Positions 58,265 to 64,000 of a stretch of 64,000 nucleotides of DNA are shown here, piece after piece. The stretch covers positions 116,560,001 through 116,624,000 of the forward strand of contig OZ024743.1 of the NCBI GenBank assembly GCA_964016885.1, given 5' to 3'. The position numbers were made by a program, and so were the translations under genes. Below the pieces are notes generated by a model, which did not search any database, had not been told where the DNA came from, and saw nothing but the letters and a program-made list of their open reading frames with translations. This stretch comes from Eledone cirrhosa. Lineage: Eukaryota. Position 1 is the stretch's first letter. The number at the start of each line of letters is the position of its first letter.

Positions 58265-59474
58265 TGAGGTGTGTCCCAAAGGTAAGGGTACTAATTTTTC
58301 TATGTAGGGCACGTTAATGTAGCATCTCCCTGGTAGATATAGGCGTGTTGGGTGTGCTCATGGCTGCACGTACGTGTTTCCTTCAATCTAATAGATTGTG
58401 TCTATCGTGAATTATTGTTGTTTATGCATTTCTGTTACGTTTACGATGCAGGATAATATCGAACAATGGTACGGGAATAGATTGTGCGTGAAACTCAACA
58501 AATCAACCAGAGAAATATTTAATTATTTAATGCGAGCTTATAGATATGACACTCTATTGAGAAATAAGTGTTATCTATGGCACAAAGCTTTCAAAATGGG
58601 CCGAGAAAATGCTGATGATGAACCTCGTTCTGGAAGGGCAATCTCGTCAACAAATGAACAAAATCTGGAAAGAGGAAAGTCGGTGATGGGTAGTGAAATA
58701 TTGCGATTAAGTGTTAGGATGCTTGCAGAAGAAATGGGCTTGGATAAAAATGCAATTCACATAATTTTAACAGACCATTTGCATATGCGAAAACACTTGT
58801 CTGAAGAGCAAAAAGAGAACCAGGTGGAAATTTGTCAGGATTTGCTTGAAAGACTCGTAATCTAGCCAAATATCTTGGATAAAGTAATAACAGAAGATGA
58901 GTGATGTGTGTTTGAGTACGATCCAAAGATAAATTGGTAAAGCAAGGAGTGTCACATAAACAAATTCTCCTCGAAAGCACGCATGAGTAGATCATGGGGA
59001 AAACCATGATTATCTTATTTTTCGCCAGCCATGGTATTGTTGACAAAGAATGTTTACCGACTGGACAGACAGTTAAACGAACCTTCTACGGGTTCAGCGA
59101 GTCCGAAAGTACAGTGCAGGAGATTGGATAATGCACCCCGATAAAGCATCTGCTCGCACAGCTTTTCCAGTTAGAGAATTTCAGACAAAGAAACATATAA
59201 CTATTCTTCCGTAACTTCGCTGCATCCCTGACCTAACTCCTTGTGACCATGTTACCGCAGTTAAAATCGAAGTTGAAATGTCATCATTTGGGGACGTTGG
59301 GAAAACTACAAAAAAAATGTGAGCGGCGAACCTAAAATACGAAAGATGGAAAAAACGTTGGAAAGAATGAGTGATTTCCCAAATATTGTATTGTGAAGAT
59401 CATTTGAAATATCATGTACGTCTAATAAACATTTATATAAAACATTGGTTCTCTTACTTTTGGGACAAACGTCG
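58265..59474 (+). mobile_element. Near full-length degenerate mariner
   Basis: TIRs tgaggtgtgtcccaaaggtaag and cttacttttgggacaaacgtcg. ORF 58398-58865 has WHKAFKMGRENADDEPRSGR, followed by decayed ITEDE, DKA and PDLTPCD catalytic motifs. Confidence 0.88.
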
Positions 59475-59521
59475 GATGGATGGATGAATGAGTACGCATA
59501 AATATATTCTTCTGTATGTGA

Positions 59522-59571
<50 letters not shown>

Positions 59572-59627
59572 GTGAGTAGGGTGGGGGTGGGTGGGGGGGG
59601 GTGTAAAAGTATACATATATATACATA

Positions 59628-59770
59628 AAGGTCTACGTTTAACGGAGTTCCGACGAGGTTTTGATACCAGAGTCGGGCTAAATGTATACAGAACGAATCT
59701 AGAGCTGATCAGTAGCGAACCGCGCGGCACCAAACAATAGAGGTAATGAAGGATTAACCATTCGTCCTTG
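59628..59770 (+). mobile_element. Short element homologous to 5415-5545
   Basis: See 5415-5545. Confidence 0.7.
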
Positions 59771-59789
59771 TATTATTATTATTATTATT

Positions 59790-61038
59790 GTTCTTTAAGT
59801 CTCAGTCATTGATGTTTAGTTAACTGGAAAGTTGGTTGAAATGAATATCAAGCCACTACCTGCAGCCTCAGATATTCAGGACGTATCGGAGGGTTCTTGC
59901 TGTTCCCAGCAAGCATGCCTTTTGAAGTGTTCCAAAAGCGAGGCGGGGCCAATTTTCTTTAACCATCCCTGGAAAATCTTTGAGATAGTACCTAGTACGC
60001 CTATGACAATCGGGACCACTTTGACTTGAAGGGAGTTCCAAATCCTTTTTACCTCCCACTTTAAGTCCTGGTATCGGTTAATTTTATCCCTCTCCTTCTC
60101 TTGCACTCTCGTGTCGAATGGGCAGGCCACATCCACAATCAGGCACGATCTTTTTTTTCCTTGTCCAAAACCACCAGATCAGGTCTATTGTGTTCCAGTT
60201 TCTTGTCCGTCTGTATCCTAAAATCCCACTGCATCTTCACCTGATCGTTTTCTATCACCGACTCTGGCTTATGCTCATACCACTTCTCAGAATGTGGTAA
60301 ATTGTTTACTTTGCATAGGTGCCAGTGGATCACCCTGCCCATCACATCATGTCTCCAGCCTTTATAGCTAGGTGTTTACACTCGGATACAATGTGAGCCA
60401 GAGTCTCCTCTCTCTCTCCTCAGATCCTACACAGTGGGCTATCCTTGTAAATATGGTGTTTCAGCCACTTCGTTTTGAGGGCCTGCTCTTGCGCAGCCAT
60501 TAGCATTCCTTCTGTAGGCTTTTTAAGGTCTCCTCGTTTCAACCAGTTCCATGTCTGTGGATCTCTGAATTCAGTTTTCTCAAAGAAGGTACTATGAAGG
60601 GATTTTTCATGAAGGTTGCTCTTTCTCCTCGTTGTTATTTCCTCCTTGAACATCCCCTGGTCTATTGTCCTCTCCTTCAGTACAATTCTGGTCATCGGCT
60701 CCCTACTTTCGGTCACGTATTTGTGTAGGTTGTTTTTCTCCATCTGAACACAGTCATCTATGCTGATAAGACCTCTTCCACCTTCAGATCTCCTTAAGTA
60801 GAGACTATCGACATCACTCCTCTTGTGGAACATGGTGTAGATAGTCAATAGCTTCCTAGTCTTCCTATCCATTTCTTTTTGTTCAGCAATATTCCATCTC
60901 AGAATTCCTGCACTGTACCTAATAATAGACACACCTCGGGAATTTACTGCACTTATGGCATTCCTACAGTTCAGAGGTGACTTCAATACGCTCCTTACTC
61001 TCCAAATGTATTCAGATCTTTTCAATTCCTTCATTTCT
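59790..61038 (-). mobile_element. 5'-truncated R4/Dong-clade LINE (restriction-like endonuclease) in (TAA)n
   Basis: GGRGL, AAQEQAL, CRI..ETLAHIVSEC, RHD, WDFRIQTD..HNRPDLV, DVACPFD..KE..KI.RY, PIVIG.LG. (TAA)n lies on both sides. Confidence 0.92.
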
Positions 61039-61068
61039 TATATTATTATTATTATTATTATTATTATT

Positions 61069-63931
61069 GAATGCCATGGTTGACGGAGGCTCGGCTCTGT
61101 AAGGTATTGTAAATTTTAACCGCTATAACAATTGTAAATTGTTTAAAACTTTAACCAAATTGTAGACAAAAACACCCTCCTACTCGTGACAGGGGTCTTT
61201 CTGCCCGTTATTTGGCCCTTCGGGGTTAAATAACTGCTTATTGGGATTTTGTGCCCAATATTTATTTTAAACCCAAAAAAAACATGGCTACAAAAAAGAA
61301 GTTTCACAAGTCACTCCCACTCATTCCGTCTTCTTCTTCCTCAATCGTCACTACAGCAGAGAGAAGATTGTCTCTCTCCCTCCCTTCTCTTTCGCAAGCG
61401 ACGCCAGTAAAGAAAAATAGTTTCCAAAATCACGTGAAAAACGTGAAACATTTCTCCACGACGACGACAACGACGAAAAAGGTGTGCGGTAAATACGAAA
61501 ACCAATTTCATTCGTCTGACGTCATGAATAATAGCAGTAGCAGCCGTAATAACAGCACCAGCAGAAACAGTGACAAGGAAAACAACATTAGCAGCAACAG
61601 CAACAACAACAGCAGCAGCAGCAACAACAACAACAACAACCACAGCAACAGCAGCGGCGGCAGTCGTAGTACCAGCAGCAACAACAAAAGTAACAGCAGC
61701 TCTGAAGACAACAACATCAACAACAAAGAAAAACCAATCTCGTTTGCAGGTATCGCAAAGAACCTGGAAACCATCCTTATAACAAATGAGGAATTACAGG
61801 AAGCAAAGAAGATGGTGACGAAAACCGGAAACCGAGCAATCTGCAAGGCAGCCGAAACATGTTTCGAAACCCAACAACACTGTACGGTTACGTACCGTAC
61901 AGTAAGTACAAAATCCCGTAGGGTTGAAAGGGCCACAGAGGCTCAAATACAAAAAGCCTTAGGGTCTGTGTGACAGCGGAAAACGCATATCACTCGAGGC
62001 AAGATATATGCCACCGTGGACGTGCTTTTTGCCACACATCAGGAGGCAAAGGCTCAATCCTTAGTGACACTAAGGAGCGTGGAAATGGTGTTGGTGCCCT
62101 CCTACTGCGGATCGCTGCCATGCACAGCGACATCTGCTCTGTGGTGAGAGTGAACGGTCACCTTTCGGAACCGTTCAACATCATGCGCTCGGCCCGCCAA
62201 GGATGTCCCCTCTCGTCCCTCTTGTACGTATTGACTCTCGAGCCATTACTGCACAAACTGGAGACGTTGAGGGGCGTCCCGAGCGAACTAGGATGCGGAA
62301 GATCCGTGTCAGCATATGCGGACGATGTCCCCGTAATGGTGTCGAACGCCACACACATCGAGGCGATCGGCACTACACTAAGAGAATACGAAGCGGTGAC
62401 AGGAGCAATGATCAACGAGGAAAAATCAGTGGGCTTGCAGCTCGGCACCTGTAGAGGCAGGTCCATGCCGTCCAACAGTGTCGTCGGACGCTGGATGGAC
62501 GGACCTGTTAAATTGCTAGGAGTCTGGTTCGGTCCGGACCTCCAGACGGACAAAAACTGGGACGAGGTGACGAGCAGGGTGGCTTCTCTCACCCAGAAAT
62601 GGGCGGAGAGTAAGCTATCCCTGAAAGGTCGCGCGGAGGTGGCTAACGCATGCATCGCGTCTGTCATCTGCTACCGCCTGACCGTCGTACCTTGTCCTAA
62701 GCCCCGCCTGACTGCGCTGGAGCGTTTGCTCTTTCGCTTTTTGTGGAAGGGACGCGCTCCGATGGTCAGGCGGTCCATTTGCTGTCAACACTCGCTACGT
62801 GGACGGCTGGGAATGCCGTGGCTGATGATGCGCAGACACGCGCTCAGGCTACGACATCTCCACCTCTTCCTCGACGGTGATCAGGTGTGGTCGCCGTTTG
62901 CTAGACACGTATTTCCCCAGCTCGTTTCCTTGACGGAGCTGTAGTCCTGGGTCAAGCGAAGACCGAGAGGGAGCGCTTGGAGACTGGAATGTCTTCAGGC
63001 GCTCACAGCCCTCGACCAATCGGCGCAATGTGATCGGTGGAAACTCCACCTCGGCGTTCTATAGAGGATTCGTGGAGGGGAAGAACGACGACGTACTTGG
63101 GGAAACTCTAGGCGTCGACGAAAATCAACTAGCCAATCTCTTCGGAAGGACTTTCGGGCCGGGGCCTATGGACAACTTCCAGAAATCCCTGGCCTGGCAG
63201 TGCTATCGAGGAGCCTTGCCAGATCGGGATAAACTCTACAGGCATGGAGGTGCCGTCAGCCGGGCATGTCCGAGATGCGCGCAGGGCGAAGAAACCGTCC
63301 TGCACGCACTCGTCCAGTGTCCGAGCATTGCTGACTTGTGGGTTTATGTCGAACGCCTGCTGTCGCGTGTAGGACGGATCCGGCTATCATCTGAGTCCAT
63401 CGTGAGGATTGCCCCGCCCTCTTCCATTAGCCGGGAAGGGCAGGCAGTTTTTATCTGTCTGGTGGCTATGGCGAAAGAGATAGTATGGTGGACACGTTGG
63501 AAAGGCTGAAGACGAGCACTTACCTCTTCGGTGATGCCCTGGTTGACTTTTGCAAATTTCATTGGAAAAGAAAAATCAGAGTAGAGAGGGAAGTGCTCTC
63601 TTCCCAGCATTTTGTTGAAAGATGGGTGAGAGAAGCAAGAATGGCCCGAGTGAATGAGCCTACTCTGAGTATGTGTCTGTAAATTAAAGGTGGAAATCTC
63701 GGAGAGGGCACTTGCCTTGGTGGTCAGGGTCACTGTGGTCTTTTAATGGGCTTTCTCCACAAATGTCCCTCCGAAGTCTCCCCCCTATTGGGGAATTTTT
63801 CATTGTTATTTTTTTGTTGCATCCTCTGTTTTTGTTTTTTACCCGAAGAAATGCCCATTTGTACCGTCCTGTATTGTCCTCCACTGTCCTTAATGTCTAC
63901 TTTATGTAAACCCTTGTGGTTAATAAATAAA

Positions 63932-63933
<2 letters not shown>
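61069..63933 (+). mobile_element. Tx1/L1-clade LINE with 5' end retained and a large internal deletion, flanked by (ATT)n
   Basis: ORF1-like 61283-~62110 (N/S-rich, in-frame TGA at 61971) is joined to RT with RQGCPLS, LEPL, YADD and LSLKGRAEV, then CPRC..EETVLHALVQC. The element ends aataaataaatc before (ATT)n. Confidence 0.9.
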
Positions 63934-63970
<37 letters not shown>

Positions 63971-63973
<3 letters not shown>

Positions 63974-64000
63974 TTTCAGTCTCAATCATTGATGTTATTT
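63971..64000 (-). mobile_element. 3' terminus of a second R4/Dong copy
   Basis: ttctttcagtctcaatcattgatgtt matches ttctttaagtctcagtcattgatgtt at 59791-59816. Confidence 0.75.

Overview
AT-rich, microsatellite-dense metazoan DNA. The repeat repertoire and SINE style suggest a mollusc, probably an octopus (inference). I found no supportable host exon, and most short ORFs in the track are microsatellite artefacts. The window is a mosaic of decayed transposons separated by (TA)n or (ATT)n arrays: an RTE 3' end, Helitrons, three mariners, a hAT MITE, tRNA-derived SINEs, R4/Dong and Tx1/L1 LINEs in (ATT)n, and many Penelope-like elements (PLEs). The main signal is that about ten PLE-derived insertions from at least seven families share one architecture. 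Each has two head-to-head arms whose 3' ends point outward into (TA)n, one arm ending at a long 3' terminus and the other at a shorter internal, usually TA-like, site. The arms carry about 20 type-I hammerhead ribozyme (HHR) motifs. Many have family-fixed non-canonical cores (U4A; C3U+G8A; A13C; U-U closing stem II; 100-115 nt stem II) and palindromic stem III. All structures were read by eye, so coordinates may be off by a few bases.
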